Counted from the first letter of the stretch, positions 1-9,672 are shown. The stretch: DNA of 64,000 bases from Candidatus Bathyarchaeota archaeon (GCA_963726255.1 CAVSBL010000002.1:1184001-1248000), one strand, 5' to 3'. A program made the numbers and translations. The notes: generated by a model from the sequence alone, not told the origin.

Positions 1-214
1 TTACGCAGAATAGCATTTGACCGGGCTTCAGAAGTTCCAAGCCCTCGTTCCTAAACAACACGTTGCAGTTGGGAGGTACGATGCTTGACACGTAGACTAG
101 GTTACACGAAGCTATGCCCGCGTCACGAAGAGCCAATTCGAAACTTGCAAGTCTTTCTTTGTGGGTACCGACACCCTTCGTGAGGAATATCTTCTCCGGT
201 ATGTTGACGTTCAT
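1..214 (-). CDS. pdaD: Pyruvoyl-dependent arginine decarboxylase, 5' part (runs off window start)
   Basis: Manual translation from ATG at 214: [48 protein letters not shown]..., with the [20 protein letters not shown] signature and the S-S autocleavage site. Not in the ORF track. Confidence 0.9.
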   Translation of the reverse strand, partial: MNVNIPEKIFLTKGVGTHKERLASFELALRDAGIASCNLVYVSSIVPPNCNVLFRNEGLELLKPGQMLFCV

Positions 215-391
215 CTAGGATACGATCAACAATGTTTCCTGGACATTCTTCAAGATTGTCATCGATACCTGGAGAGGAATCATGATCCAACATGCATTTG
301 TCTTCAGGAAAAAAGACTTTGCGATCCCGACCTTAGTGACAAGAGCAGGGAAGCCTAGGTCTGTGACCACTCCTCTCGGCATCGCTCTTAT

Positions 392-1084
392 TCAGCGTCT
401 TTCCTGCGCACTCGTTTTCCTTGTGAGAGAACTCGCACTGTCCAGCCACACTTCAGCACGCTTTGAAACCGCGTCCTTGAATCCCCAGCCGAACGCGATG
501 CCGAATGCTGCAGCGAGCCCTATTGCAGCGCCCCATGAGAGGGCGTTAGCAAGAATGTACAGTATGCTCACATCGACCTTCATCGTCGACAGACCCATTA
601 CTAGAACGACGAAATAGAGGACAAACCGAAGTGCATTCGCAAATACGGGCGCAAACTCAAGTCTTCCCTCTTTCGCAACTTCGCGTAAAGCATCTGCCAC
701 GAAATCAGTGGCAATGAATCCAACGAGAAGGATGAATACGCCCGCTATGAAGTGGGGTAAGTAGAGCACCACCTGGCTGATGTAGGTGCTCAAGATGGTA
801 ATGTGAAGAATATCTACTGCTGCCAAGATGGCTATCAAGTAAATGAACCATCTTATGATTAGGTCGAAGAATCCGACTATCGTTATCTTCGAGCGGTCCA
901 GAGCTTTACCGATGGCCGTTCGCCGGAGCACATCATCCACACCAACCCGGTCTAGAACCTTGGACGCCCCTCTCCCTATCAAACGGCCTCCTGCCCAGCC
1001 AACTAGAAGCACTACAAACGCTCCCAAGATGCCCGGCAGAAGAGTGAGAAACTGAGACCACACACTAGTCAAGCTTTCAATCAT
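392..1084 (-). CDS. Mechanosensitive-channel-associated TM-helix repeat membrane protein (CmpX-like)
   Basis: Two repeats of LP.(I/F)(L/I)(G/A)..(V/F)(V/I)LLVG followed by TM hairpins; C-terminal AFGIAFGWG.KD. Confidence 0.75.
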   Translation of the reverse strand: MIESLTSVWSQFLTLLPGILGAFVVLLVGWAGGRLIGRGASKVLDRVGVDDVLRRTAIGKALDRSKITIVGFFDLIIRWFIYLIAILAAVDILHITILSTYISQVVLYLPHFIAGVFILLVGFIATDFVADALREVAKEGRLEFAPVFANALRFVLYFVVLVMGLSTMKVDVSILYILANALSWGAAIGLAAAFGIAFGWGFKDAVSKRAEVWLDSASSLTRKTSAQERR

Positions 1085-1207
1085 GTCTAATCGATAAGTC
1101 TTATCTAATCGAGTATATAAACCTAAGGCGTTGGTAATTGCTCTGGTACAGCAACAAACTCTAGAAGCCCACAGTAGAGCTTATCGGCTTCATGTCTGGC
1201 CTTTCGA

Positions 1208-2068
1208 TTGTTCGGGGAGGCTTTGTCGTTGAATTATGTCTTCCGATCATTAGGACCGATACAATCTGAGGTTTCAAAAGCTAGCCGTATCTATGTTTTC
1301 GTCGATTATGATGGGACCCTCACCCCAATAGTCGATAATCCGGAAAATGCGTTGCTGCAGGAGAAATTCCGTCGGCTGCTGAGAGTCCTTGCGTCTAGAC
1401 ACGATTGCATTTTGTCGATCGTATCCGGAAGACGACTAGACGCGCTCAAGAAAATGGTCAAACTCCAAGGAATCTATTATGTGGGAAATCATGGCTTCGA
1501 AATTGAAGGGCCAGGAATGAATTTTGTTCATCCCAAGGCAAGAGAGTTCTCACGTGAGCTGAAGCTAACATCCAACAAGATTCGCGCCCAACTTGAGGGA
1601 ATCGGCAGCGTATTGGAAGACAAAGGCTTGACATTTAGCGTGCATTATCGAAATACACCGCCGAGTGATGTCAACCGATTACTGCGCACTGTTAGAGGCG
1701 TAGCTGGTGCGCGGGGAAAACTGAAAGTGGTTTATGACAAGAAGGCGGTTGAAATCTGGCCGCGTATCAATTGGGACAAAGGCATGGCTGTCCGACTAAT
1801 CATGAGAACATTAGGTCGAGGCCTTCCAATCTACGTCGGAGACGATCGTACTGATGAGAACGCTTTTGTCCGAATTAAGTCTGGGATCACGATTCTTGTT
1901 TCTCGTTGCAGAAAACGTTCGCATGCGAAATACTACCTGAAGAACGTTGCCGATGTCTACAAATTCCTGAGGCTGCTACTAGTGGCAGTGGATGCAAGGA
2001 ATTCGCGTCATTCTCCCCTGCCTAATGCTCTGTCTAGGTTTACGGCCGCTGAAATGAGCGCCAGATGA
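1208..2068 (+). CDS. otsB: Trehalose-6-phosphate phosphatase (HAD IIB)
   Basis: DYDGTL, SGR, GNHG.E, EDKG...HYR, DKG and GDDRTDE motifs. Confidence 0.9.
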   Translation: MFGEALSLNYVFRSLGPIQSEVSKASRIYVFVDYDGTLTPIVDNPENALLQEKFRRLLRVLASRHDCILSIVSGRRLDALKKMVKLQGIYYVGNHGFEIEGPGMNFVHPKAREFSRELKLTSNKIRAQLEGIGSVLEDKGLTFSVHYRNTPPSDVNRLLRTVRGVAGARGKLKVVYDKKAVEIWPRINWDKGMAVRLIMRTLGRGLPIYVGDDRTDENAFVRIKSGITILVSRCRKRSHAKYYLKNVADVYKFLRLLLVAVDARNSRHSPLPNALSRFTAAEMSAR

Positions 2069-3822
2069 GTGAAGGCTTGCGGGAAATTGCCCAAGGCATT
2101 GCCCCTTGGGCCTATCTCTTCTGAGTATAGGCCCAGGTGATTCGCGTAGCCCATCATCTTCTCGAAAACTATCCTAGCCTCTTCGAGGCGTCCGCACCGC
2201 GTAAGAGCTTCCACAAACCAAAACGTGCATAGGCTGAACGTGCCCTCCTCTCCGAACAGACCATCATCGCTGCGCTTCACGCTATACCTTCGCACAAGGT
2301 GATCCGACGTCAAATCTCGCCGGATCGCTTCCAATGTCTTGAGCATGCGTGGGTCGGTCGGCGACACAAAGAAGACAAGTGGCATCAGCAAAGCGCTGGC
2401 ATCGAGCGCTTTGCTTCCGTACGACTGTACGAATGACTGGAGCTCCTCGTCCCATCCTTTGTTCATAATCTCCTCATAGATTGCGTCCCTGGTTCTCCTC
2501 CATACATCAATATCTGAGGGGAAACCACGTTTCTCTGCGAGGCGAATTCCCCGGTCTAGTGCCACCCAACACATCATCTTGGAGTATACGAATTGCCGTG
2601 GCTTGCTGCGCATCTCCCATATTCCACTATCAGCTTCTTTCCAGTTTTGGCACAGCCAGTTGAGTATCGTCCGGAGGTCGCTCCATAGATCGTAGGAAAT
2701 CGGCGATGCATACTTATTGAATAAATAGATTGCATCCATCAGCGCACCGTAAATGTCGAGTTGCATTTGATTGCCCGCCGCGTTTCCGACTCGAACAGGT
2801 CTTGACATTTTGTAACCCTCAAGATGATCCAGGACTTCTTCTTGCCCTACAGGGTCGCCGTTGACGCGATAAACAGGTCGCAGGTATCCGCTCTTACCAT
2901 TGTCCGAAATCCTGGCCATGAGCCAGGTCATGAACGCGTTGGCCTCTTCTTTGAAACCGATTCGTAGGAGGGCGTATACAGTGAAAGCTGCGTCACGGAT
3001 CCAAGAATAGCGGTAGTCCCAATTGCGTTCGCCTCTAACTACTTCGGGAAGGCTTGTTGTTGGTGCCGCTATTATGGCGCCCGTAGGTTGAAACGTCAAT
3101 AACTTGAGAACTAGCGCAGAACGATTCACCATTCTGCCCCACCTTCCGCGATACTGAGATTTGGCGAGCCAGTGACGCCAAAAGTTGACGGTAGTCCTAA
3201 GAACTCGCTCCGCCTCGGGTTCATCCATTGCACGTAGAACGGAATCCGCTCCACGTCGTTCATCCGCCTGCAAACACAGTGTCGTCGTTCTACCTTCCTT
3301 GAGGGTGAAGGTACAATCCACTCCTCCGTTCTCCGCTTTCAGGGGAACCTTGCTTGCTAGTGCTAACGAAGTGACAGCGCTGCGGAACACTGCTCCATCT
3401 TCTAGGAGATTGACAGTGTGCGCGGCTCGTCCGTAGTCGAAAGCAGGTTGACATCGTAGCTCAAACGTGACTCTGCCGCGAACAGCCGTGACTCTTCGGA
3501 TTATCTGGTAGTTTCTTTCCCTATCGCTCCCGGAACCAACAGGCATGAAATCGGTAATCTCGCCGACACCTTCACGATTTAGGAAACGCGTGATGAGAAC
3601 ATTAGTATTTGGAAAGTACAATTGCTTGGACGTTGCATCAGAACTTGCACGAATTCGGAAGTAGCCGCCTCTCTCCGAATCCAGAATGGCGCCGAATACA
3701 CTCGGTGAGTCAAAGTGTGGGTAGCAATACCAATCAATAGAACCATCTATACCCACTAGTGCCGCGGTGCGCATGTCTCCAATGATTCCGAAGTCTTGGA
3801 GATTCTTCTGGAGGCTTGCCAT
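2008..3822 (-). CDS. Glycoside hydrolase family 15 (trehalase/glucoamylase-like)
   Basis: AAPTTSLPE..G.RNWDYRYSWIRD, GIWE.R, LYSEE and GNFPQAFTH motifs. Confidence 0.92.
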   Translation of the reverse strand: MASLQKNLQDFGIIGDMRTAALVGIDGSIDWYCYPHFDSPSVFGAILDSERGGYFRIRASSDATSKQLYFPNTNVLITRFLNREGVGEITDFMPVGSGSDRERNYQIIRRVTAVRGRVTFELRCQPAFDYGRAAHTVNLLEDGAVFRSAVTSLALASKVPLKAENGGVDCTFTLKEGRTTTLCLQADERRGADSVLRAMDEPEAERVLRTTVNFWRHWLAKSQYRGRWGRMVNRSALVLKLLTFQPTGAIIAAPTTSLPEVVRGERNWDYRYSWIRDAAFTVYALLRIGFKEEANAFMTWLMARISDNGKSGYLRPVYRVNGDPVGQEEVLDHLEGYKMSRPVRVGNAAGNQMQLDIYGALMDAIYLFNKYASPISYDLWSDLRTILNWLCQNWKEADSGIWEMRSKPRQFVYSKMMCWVALDRGIRLAEKRGFPSDIDVWRRTRDAIYEEIMNKGWDEELQSFVQSYGSKALDASALLMPLVFFVSPTDPRMLKTLEAIRRDLTSDHLVRRYSVKRSDDGLFGEEGTFSLCTFWFVEALTRCGRLEEARIVFEKMMGYANHLGLYSEEIGPRGNALGNFPQAFTHLALISAAVNLDRALGRGE

Positions 3823-3879
3823 GCTATATCGCCGACGCTACCTTACCCGTTGAAGTTCATGTGCGTCATGAAGCCACCT

Positions 3880-4650
3880 TTAGGAGTTGTGGGCTTGATG
3901 AACACTTTTCTTGAGTTGATCTTGAACTTCTACGACCCTCTTGGTTACGACTGAGACAATGGCGTCCTTCGTCTCGGGCTCTTTGACCATGAGAGTTAAT
4001 GTCAGCTCGGTTGTTTTATCTCCACGGTTTTTGACTGTCAAAATGGGTGGGAAACGTTCATCAAGGTGGTGCTTGAGCTTATTGCAGCTTCTCAGAATCT
4101 CGCTCTCAAAATTGGGGAGGGGGATATCGTTAGTTATCATTAGAGGGATTGTGACCTCCTTCCATGCCTTGGGGGTGCTGTTAACGACTACCTCTCTCAG
4201 AAACAGTGAATTTGGAACAGAGATCAAGTCTTCCTTGTCGTTGATCAGGACGGTACTGATCGGATTTATCTCAATTACTTTCCCTGAATATCCGTGGATA
4301 ACGATCGAATCTCCGACCTTAAACGGGATGTAAAAGTCGGCGAAATACTTCGACGCAATGTTTTCCAGAGTTTCTCTATTTGCTATGGCGAGCGCAACTG
4401 CGATTATGCCTATGAGGAGAAGGAGTATCTCTATGCGTAAGCCGATTTGTTCCAATGCGAGGAGTATTCCGATAATCCAAACGAAGGTAAGCGTCAGACG
4501 TCTTATGTGCGCTGAAACTAGCGGAGGCCCAGATCTGAGTATCCTCGCCAAAAAGCGGCCTACGAAATGTGCTACTAGCCAGGTTACTACTATGATCGCT
4601 GCGAAAGAGACTGCTGCAGTGAGAATGGGTGTTATGTTAATGGTTGACAT
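3880..4650 (-). CDS. Small-conductance mechanosensitive channel (MscS family)
   Basis: Three TM segments, then PFKVGD.I...G.V.EI...T.......VPNS. Confidence 0.85.
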   Translation of the reverse strand: MSTINITPILTAAVSFAAIIVVTWLVAHFVGRFLARILRSGPPLVSAHIRRLTLTFVWIIGILLALEQIGLRIEILLLLIGIIAVALAIANRETLENIASKYFADFYIPFKVGDSIVIHGYSGKVIEINPISTVLINDKEDLISVPNSLFLREVVVNSTPKAWKEVTIPLMITNDIPLPNFESEILRSCNKLKHHLDERFPPILTVKNRGDKTTELTLTLMVKEPETKDAIVSVVTKRVVEVQDQLKKSVHQAHNS

Positions 4651-4665
4651 GGGGCGCCTCTAGGG

Positions 4666-6036
4666 TTAAACCAACTTTCGCATGATTTCCCCTTCGGCTT
4701 GGACGCCGTCTTCTATTAGGCACTTCCTAGATGTCAGATAGCCGTTCTCTCCGATTTTGCGGGCAAGTCTGGTATCGGTCAGAACAGTCGATATCTTGTC
4801 AGCCAAGGCGGCTGGGTCTTCAGGATTAACTAGTAGCGCGTTTCGGCCATCGACCACGAGTTCTGCTATGCCAGCTTTGCTGGATACTACTGTTGGTTTC
4901 CTGTACAACCAGCTTTCGACCACAACTAGTCCAAAGCCCTCCTTCCGTGAGGGAAGAATGGTCATGTCGCAGCTTTCATACGCGGCGTTGAGTAGTCTCT
5001 GTGGAAGATATCCCGCGAAGACTACGTTATCTTCAACCCGAAGTGACTTAGCGAGACTCCTGAGCTCCGCTAGCCACCTGTCTGATTTGTAGAGGCCCAA
5101 TCCCTGTTTAGAGCTTGAGAAGCTTCCGTTGCCTATCATAACAATTTTCACGTTTGGTACTTCAGCCAATACTTGCGGCATTGCCCTCAAGGCTGTATCA
5201 TGGCCTTTCATTGGATCAAGCCTAGCTACTAGCAGTACGGTCTTTTCATCGCCACGCAAATTCAATCGGGTCTTCAACTCCGCCAGATCGTCCCGTGTAG
5301 GGCTGTCGTAGACGCTCTGATCCACGTAGGGGTAAACATAGAACGACTCCCCCGTATAGCCGAAGGATTTGAGCGCGTCCAAATACTTCCTACAGCTGAC
5401 TACCACCGCGTCGTAACTGTTAAAATACGTTGAAAGAAAACCACTCCAATCAGAAGGTATCATGGACTCGTCAAAGGGGATGTGCCACCTCAACACTTTT
5501 GGTTTCAACGTTTGCAGCATACGACCTACCGGTAACTGTTGAAAATCGTGGATGTAGAATAGGTCGAAGTCTTCCTGAGAATCAAGGGCCCTTATCAACT
5601 CAGCTGAAACTCGGTTGTAGTACGTGTAATCCACGAAGTCGTCCGCCCAGAGCAGTTCGGTCTGCGACGATTGCGTCAACCCATGAAACACGCGCCAAAT
5701 GATTTCCTTCGCAAGTCCGTACCCGGCTCGTCGCTCCCGCTTGAGAGTGACATGATGAATTGTGATTCCATTTATTCTTACTCTCGCCGGAGCCTCAGGA
5801 TTCAAACAGACCCAATGAGCATCACTCGCAGCTCCCATTTTCGTCATGTGAGTCAGCAGCGGAAGTATCATTCTTGTCACACCGCCAGGAGTGAATTCGA
5901 AATCTGTCCCTTCTTCCAATGAATGTACATCGAGCGTCTTCGTTGAGACATTGTTTCGCGGCGGTTTTTCTTTGACGGCTTTGAATTTCAGTAGAGGCGT
6001 TTGAGTATTGACACATATTTTCATTCGGGAAACCAT
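4666..6036 (-). CDS. GT4 glycosyltransferase, TreT-like (trehalose metabolism)
   Basis: GGV, HDFQQL, ARLDPMKG and EGFGLVVVES motifs; adjacent to mscS, GH15 and otsB. Confidence 0.8.
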   Translation of the reverse strand: MVSRMKICVNTQTPLLKFKAVKEKPPRNNVSTKTLDVHSLEEGTDFEFTPGGVTRMILPLLTHMTKMGAASDAHWVCLNPEAPARVRINGITIHHVTLKRERRAGYGLAKEIIWRVFHGLTQSSQTELLWADDFVDYTYYNRVSAELIRALDSQEDFDLFYIHDFQQLPVGRMLQTLKPKVLRWHIPFDESMIPSDWSGFLSTYFNSYDAVVVSCRKYLDALKSFGYTGESFYVYPYVDQSVYDSPTRDDLAELKTRLNLRGDEKTVLLVARLDPMKGHDTALRAMPQVLAEVPNVKIVMIGNGSFSSSKQGLGLYKSDRWLAELRSLAKSLRVEDNVVFAGYLPQRLLNAAYESCDMTILPSRKEGFGLVVVESWLYRKPTVVSSKAGIAELVVDGRNALLVNPEDPAALADKISTVLTDTRLARKIGENGYLTSRKCLIEDGVQAEGEIMRKLV

Positions 6037-6115
6037 CTGATGATGCTCTATCCGTGCAGGAAATTATTCATAAGCACGACTTAATAATCGCCATCACTTA
6101 CAGCATGCGCTCGTA

Positions 6116-7060
6116 TCACATCTTACCGCCCAGCACGAGCGAGGCGATGACCGCGATAGTGATAATGACGACCGTCTGAATCAATGTCACCTTCCAGTGC
6201 GCCCTTGTTCTCATTGAACGGTAACGAGCGAGAAGTACGCCGGCTGCGCCGACCACGCAAAGGGACGTGATCACATTGAGTGGCTGAGGCATTGTCAAAT
6301 ACGCAAGTATTGGGATTCCTCCTGCTATGAGCGTGGCTGTGCCGGAAAGGAGTGCTGCGCGAAGATTCGTTCTGCTTATCTCGCGGCGAAGCACCTTGAA
6401 AAGCTGTGCAACTAGTCCTAGGGATTTGTCACGCTCCTTCTTGTCGGGAATATCGCTTAGGCTGTAGTTCATTAGGTTTTGGAGAGAGAGCATATCCGCC
6501 AGGTCTTCAGTTATTCCACCCAACAAGAAGCTGGAGAAGTTGGTTATTGCGACGGAAGCCAATGTAAGGAGCCCTGCGAATGCTGCTCTGCTGAGAGTCA
6601 GACCAGCTAGGATAGTTGAAAGTATGATGATCAGAGCTGTGACGGAGCCATCGGTCAAACCTGCAACAATCTCGAGGATGGGCTCTTGCTTTAACAGTAA
6701 GCTTCTCCATTCTCGACTTAGTGCGGAACCTCTTTGGGTAAGTTGAACCGTTCCATCGCCGCGCATTTGAATCAGCCCTTCAGACGTCATCTCATGTAGG
6801 CTTTCTTCTAGATCCCCCAGTTCTACACGCGTGCTGCTGGCCAACATTCTGTCAACCCGTTGTTTGAGCGAAACCGTTTGAAGCGGCCTATCTTCCCTCA
6901 AGCTCAAGAGAGCAATCACTCGCACGACATCGGGAAGGTCCTGTATCTCTAGAGACAATCGGTGCACTTCACGTCTGGTTGTCGCACTAGATACCGATCT
7001 CGAAGTCTCGATTCTAGATTCTTGGACGCCATCATATGAGTGGCTTGAGATGACATTCAA
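6116..7060 (-). CDS. Winged-HTH domain fused to a VIT1/CCC1-like membrane domain
   Basis: N-half ends in LHEMTSEGLI....GTVQLTQRG (wHTH wing); C-half has IVAGLTDG and about 5 TM segments of VIT1 type. Confidence 0.6.
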   Translation of the reverse strand: MNVISSHSYDGVQESRIETSRSVSSATTRREVHRLSLEIQDLPDVVRVIALLSLREDRPLQTVSLKQRVDRMLASSTRVELGDLEESLHEMTSEGLIQMRGDGTVQLTQRGSALSREWRSLLLKQEPILEIVAGLTDGSVTALIIILSTILAGLTLSRAAFAGLLTLASVAITNFSSFLLGGITEDLADMLSLQNLMNYSLSDIPDKKERDKSLGLVAQLFKVLRREISRTNLRAALLSGTATLIAGGIPILAYLTMPQPLNVITSLCVVGAAGVLLARYRSMRTRAHWKVTLIQTVVIITIAVIASLVLGGKM

Positions 7061-7263
7061 ATCACCTTCTAGCTACGACCTTGAATATGCAGAAGATGTA
7101 TCTTAACGTTTAGCTATCCCTAAGGAGCTTGCTGCCGCTCCTTCCCTGCCGCACTCGCCCCCAAACGAGTAGTTAACAGAAACCACGCGTTCACGCTATC
7201 TTAGAGGGTGAGACATACCTTATCGATGCGCATTAGCTAACCATTTAAGCTGTTTGGAATACG

Positions 7264-7863
7264 TTGTTGTGCAAGCTGGTGCACATGAAAGCGGTCGAGA
7301 TTATTGTAGATCTCGAGAGGGCGAGAGTGTTGGTTGACCCAATGCGCAGGGAGATAGTGAGGTTGCTGAGCAATGGGGGCAAGACGGAGAACGAACTTGC
7401 AGAGATTCTGGGTTTATCGGATCCTTCGGTGGGGCATCATCTCAAGATTTTGCGAGATTCAGGGTTGATAAGATTAGCGAGGCAGGAAGTTGGGAAACAT
7501 GGGATAGTCGAAAAGTTCTACGAATCGAACGCTCGCATATACTTTATCGATAGCAAAAAGATGCCATTGGAGATTGAAAGATACTTCATGCCGATTAGCT
7601 TGGAGCGAGCTCGAGGTATCATCGCAGCAGCCGAAGTGATGCTCGATAAATCTCAAGAGTTCTCCGCCCCGGAAGTTGAAGAGTTTGCTAGAGCCCTAGC
7701 TTCAGCATTGGTACAAGTGGCTCCCAGGTTCAGCAGACCTTGGAACGGTGAGAGAGAGGAGTTAGTTGGCAGAGTATACAAGGAAGCTCTGGCACAGGTA
7801 CTGCGCAAACCAGCAGCTCTCCCTCAGAAGGTGAGGTCCGTCCTGCTCGCAACGCACAAATAG
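7264..7863 (+). CDS. ArsR-family transcriptional regulator (probable start ATG 7285)
   Basis: LVDPMRREI..LL...ELAE.LGLS...VGHHLKILRDSGLI. Confidence 0.85.
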   Translation: MLCKLVHMKAVEIIVDLERARVLVDPMRREIVRLLSNGGKTENELAEILGLSDPSVGHHLKILRDSGLIRLARQEVGKHGIVEKFYESNARIYFIDSKKMPLEIERYFMPISLERARGIIAAAEVMLDKSQEFSAPEVEEFARALASALVQVAPRFSRPWNGEREELVGRVYKEALAQVLRKPAALPQKVRSVLLATHK

Positions 7864-7872
7864 GGTTCGACA

Positions 7873-7888
7873 ATTAGATATATCTAAT
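7873..7888. promoter_or_regulatory. Perfect 16-bp palindrome ATTAGATATATCTAAT, candidate operator
   Basis: Self-complementary sequence between the ArsR gene and the ATP-cone gene. Confidence 0.5.
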
Positions 7889-7959
7889 CAGTTTGCTATA
7901 CCTAAACACTAATATCAAGCGCTTCCTATCTGCGGTCCAATCAGAAGGGAGGTGTAACG

Positions 7960-8220
7960 ATGGTAAGCGTGAAAAAGCGTGCTGGAACAATGCAAGAGTT
8001 TGACAAAGTCAAACTGAAGATGTCCTTTGTAAACGCTGGAGCCAAGGAGGAACATGCTACAAGAGTGGCCGATTCTATCGCCGCGAAAGTCACAGAAGGC
8101 ATGGCAACACAAGAGGTCAAGAGACTTGCAGCATCAGAACTCAGAGGATTAGACCAAAGCGCTGCTCAGAAGTACGAAACATTCAAGCCGCCGAACCAAA
8201 CCAAGACTGTCACAGCATAA
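7960..8220 (+). CDS. Stand-alone ATP-cone domain protein
   Basis: VKKRAG..QEFDK.KL..S...AG signature; strong SD GGAGGTG; U-rich terminator follows. Confidence 0.8.
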   Translation: MVSVKKRAGTMQEFDKVKLKMSFVNAGAKEEHATRVADSIAAKVTEGMATQEVKRLAASELRGLDQSAAQKYETFKPPNQTKTVTA

Positions 8221-8289
8221 GACTGCATTGCAGAAATCTCGCAGTCAAATCACCTATCTTTCCATTTTTTCTTTCCTCCTCCGACCCAC

Positions 8290-8600
8290 GGCGGGCGATG
8301 CGGATGCGGACCGGTATAGAATAGCATTACAAACTGTCCCGTCGGATCCGGATGTTGGAATCGTCCTGGCAATTGTGCTTCTTCAAACATCCTTCATCCA
8401 GTCCTATGTGGTTGATGCTATTACCGAATCCCAAGTCACAACCGGAAAACCTACGGTGGTGTGCACGATTGGCGGATACTTCAACCAAATTCTTGTTAAG
8501 ATGCTTGAAGAAAATCGAATACCCTCATATACGGCATCTGAACGAGCAATCAACGCGATATACGCCTTAACTAGGTCCGCCAAAGCCCTCGAAGATCTGT
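8290..8600 (+). pseudogene. Remnant of NDP-forming acyl-CoA synthetase alpha subunit (C-terminal subdomain only)
   Basis: GDADADRY..AL.....PDV...KP.VV...GG.......LEE..IPSY...ERA..A resembles the ACD alpha C-terminus. No N-terminal domains; it begins right after a terminator-like tract. Confidence 0.65.
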
Positions 8601-8655
8601 CAACGAAAGAACTGTTGAAGAGAGAACAGGAATTTCGAGCCATGAGAAACGAGGG

Positions 8656-8712
8656 TTCGAAAATCGCCATTGGTCCCACAACTCGCGGGTTCAAATCCCA
8701 CCGGCGCAACCA
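8656..8712 (+). other. Degenerate tRNA 3'-half-like sequence (possible att relic)
   Basis: GCGGG-TTCAAAT-CCCAC T-arm followed by CGGCGCA-ACCA; no matching 5' half upstream. Confidence 0.4.
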
Positions 8713-8904
8713 TTCAGGTTCGATGTGTTCGACAATCACCTTGTCTTAGAGGGACTTCAGAACATCCTGGAGTTTGACCATACGAATTTGAAATGTTGAG
8801 TTTATTTGTGGAGGTAAGCGCCGCTGGTACCATGCCGTATGTGTTTACAACGCCAAGCCTTCTTGATTTTTGCACGTTTCCGATAAGAGAGAATGAGCAC
8901 TGCT

Positions 8905-9591
8905 CTATTGCTTGCTAAAGAAACGCCTGAGCCATAGCGGAATGATTGTGGCATCTGAGGCTACACACATCGCGACCATCGCCGCACCCGCCTCGGCTTG
9001 CTCATAGTAAGGAAAATAGCTGTAAAGGACCACCGGTGAGACAAGCAGATACGCACCGAAGATAGCCATACCCTTACAACCCAAAAGGTACGATAGAAGC
9101 CGCATATTCGACGACAATCGCCTAAATCCCACGAAAATGAGACCCCCCGCAAGCAGCAGGGACACATGCATCAACACATGCAACGCAAACTGAAGAAGAA
9201 CAGCACTCAAAATCGCTGGAACATACCAAAGGGCAATTATCAAGAGAGCAACGCTCAAACTAACCAACCCCTTCCTGTTGAACGACCGATTCACGAGGCC
9301 AAGTGCAGAGTATACACGGGCTAGGAAATCCGATAACAACCCGCCCACCGAGAGAAACGCGTTGAGTGAACTTGCCAGCCAGTACCCAGCGATCAGAAGC
9401 AGTATGTCGGAAACCATGATCAAAGCGAACGGGGCAACGTTAAGACTCGTCGATAAAGCCGCGAAGAGGTAATCGATTGGTTCAAGAGGCGTGAGCATGG
9501 AGATTATTAGGGTTGAACTCAAAACTAGAAGAAGCATTCCCCGCCTCATAGTGCGCCTAACCATCACATTGTACGAGTTACCCACTTTCAA
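8905..9591 (-). CDS. DUF1404/CtaG-like membrane protein (putative copper-delivery factor)
   Basis: Multi-TM protein with W.VP and LH.LMH.S motifs, plus EQ..AG..MV near the C-terminus. Confidence 0.6.
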   Translation of the reverse strand: MKVGNSYNVMVRRTMRRGMLLLVLSSTLIISMLTPLEPIDYLFAALSTSLNVAPFALIMVSDILLLIAGYWLASSLNAFLSVGGLLSDFLARVYSALGLVNRSFNRKGLVSLSVALLIIALWYVPAILSAVLLQFALHVLMHVSLLLAGGLIFVGFRRLSSNMRLLSYLLGCKGMAIFGAYLLVSPVVLYSYFPYYEQAEAGAAMVAMCVASDATIIPLWLRRFFSKQ

Positions 9592-9672
9592 TGGCCGGCT
9601 ACCCCTGCCGATTACTGAGTAATAATCTCCTGAAAAACATAGTTGAGGCTGTGAACGTGAGGAAAGTCGTGG

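Noticed and set aside
161-358. 65-aa plus-strand ORF with several Cys
   Set aside because: Overlaps the pdaD start and promoter on the opposite strand; no motif or SD support.
2008-2068. 61-nt convergent overlap of otsB and GH15 as antisense regulation
   Set aside because: The OtsB tail beyond the HAD domain looks like simple stop-codon drift; short convergent overlaps are common in compact archaeal genomes.
8228-8749. 173-aa ORF as an intact gene
   Set aside because: It starts in terminator-like sequence, only the middle resembles ACD, and the tail runs through the tRNA-like relic; treated as a remnant.
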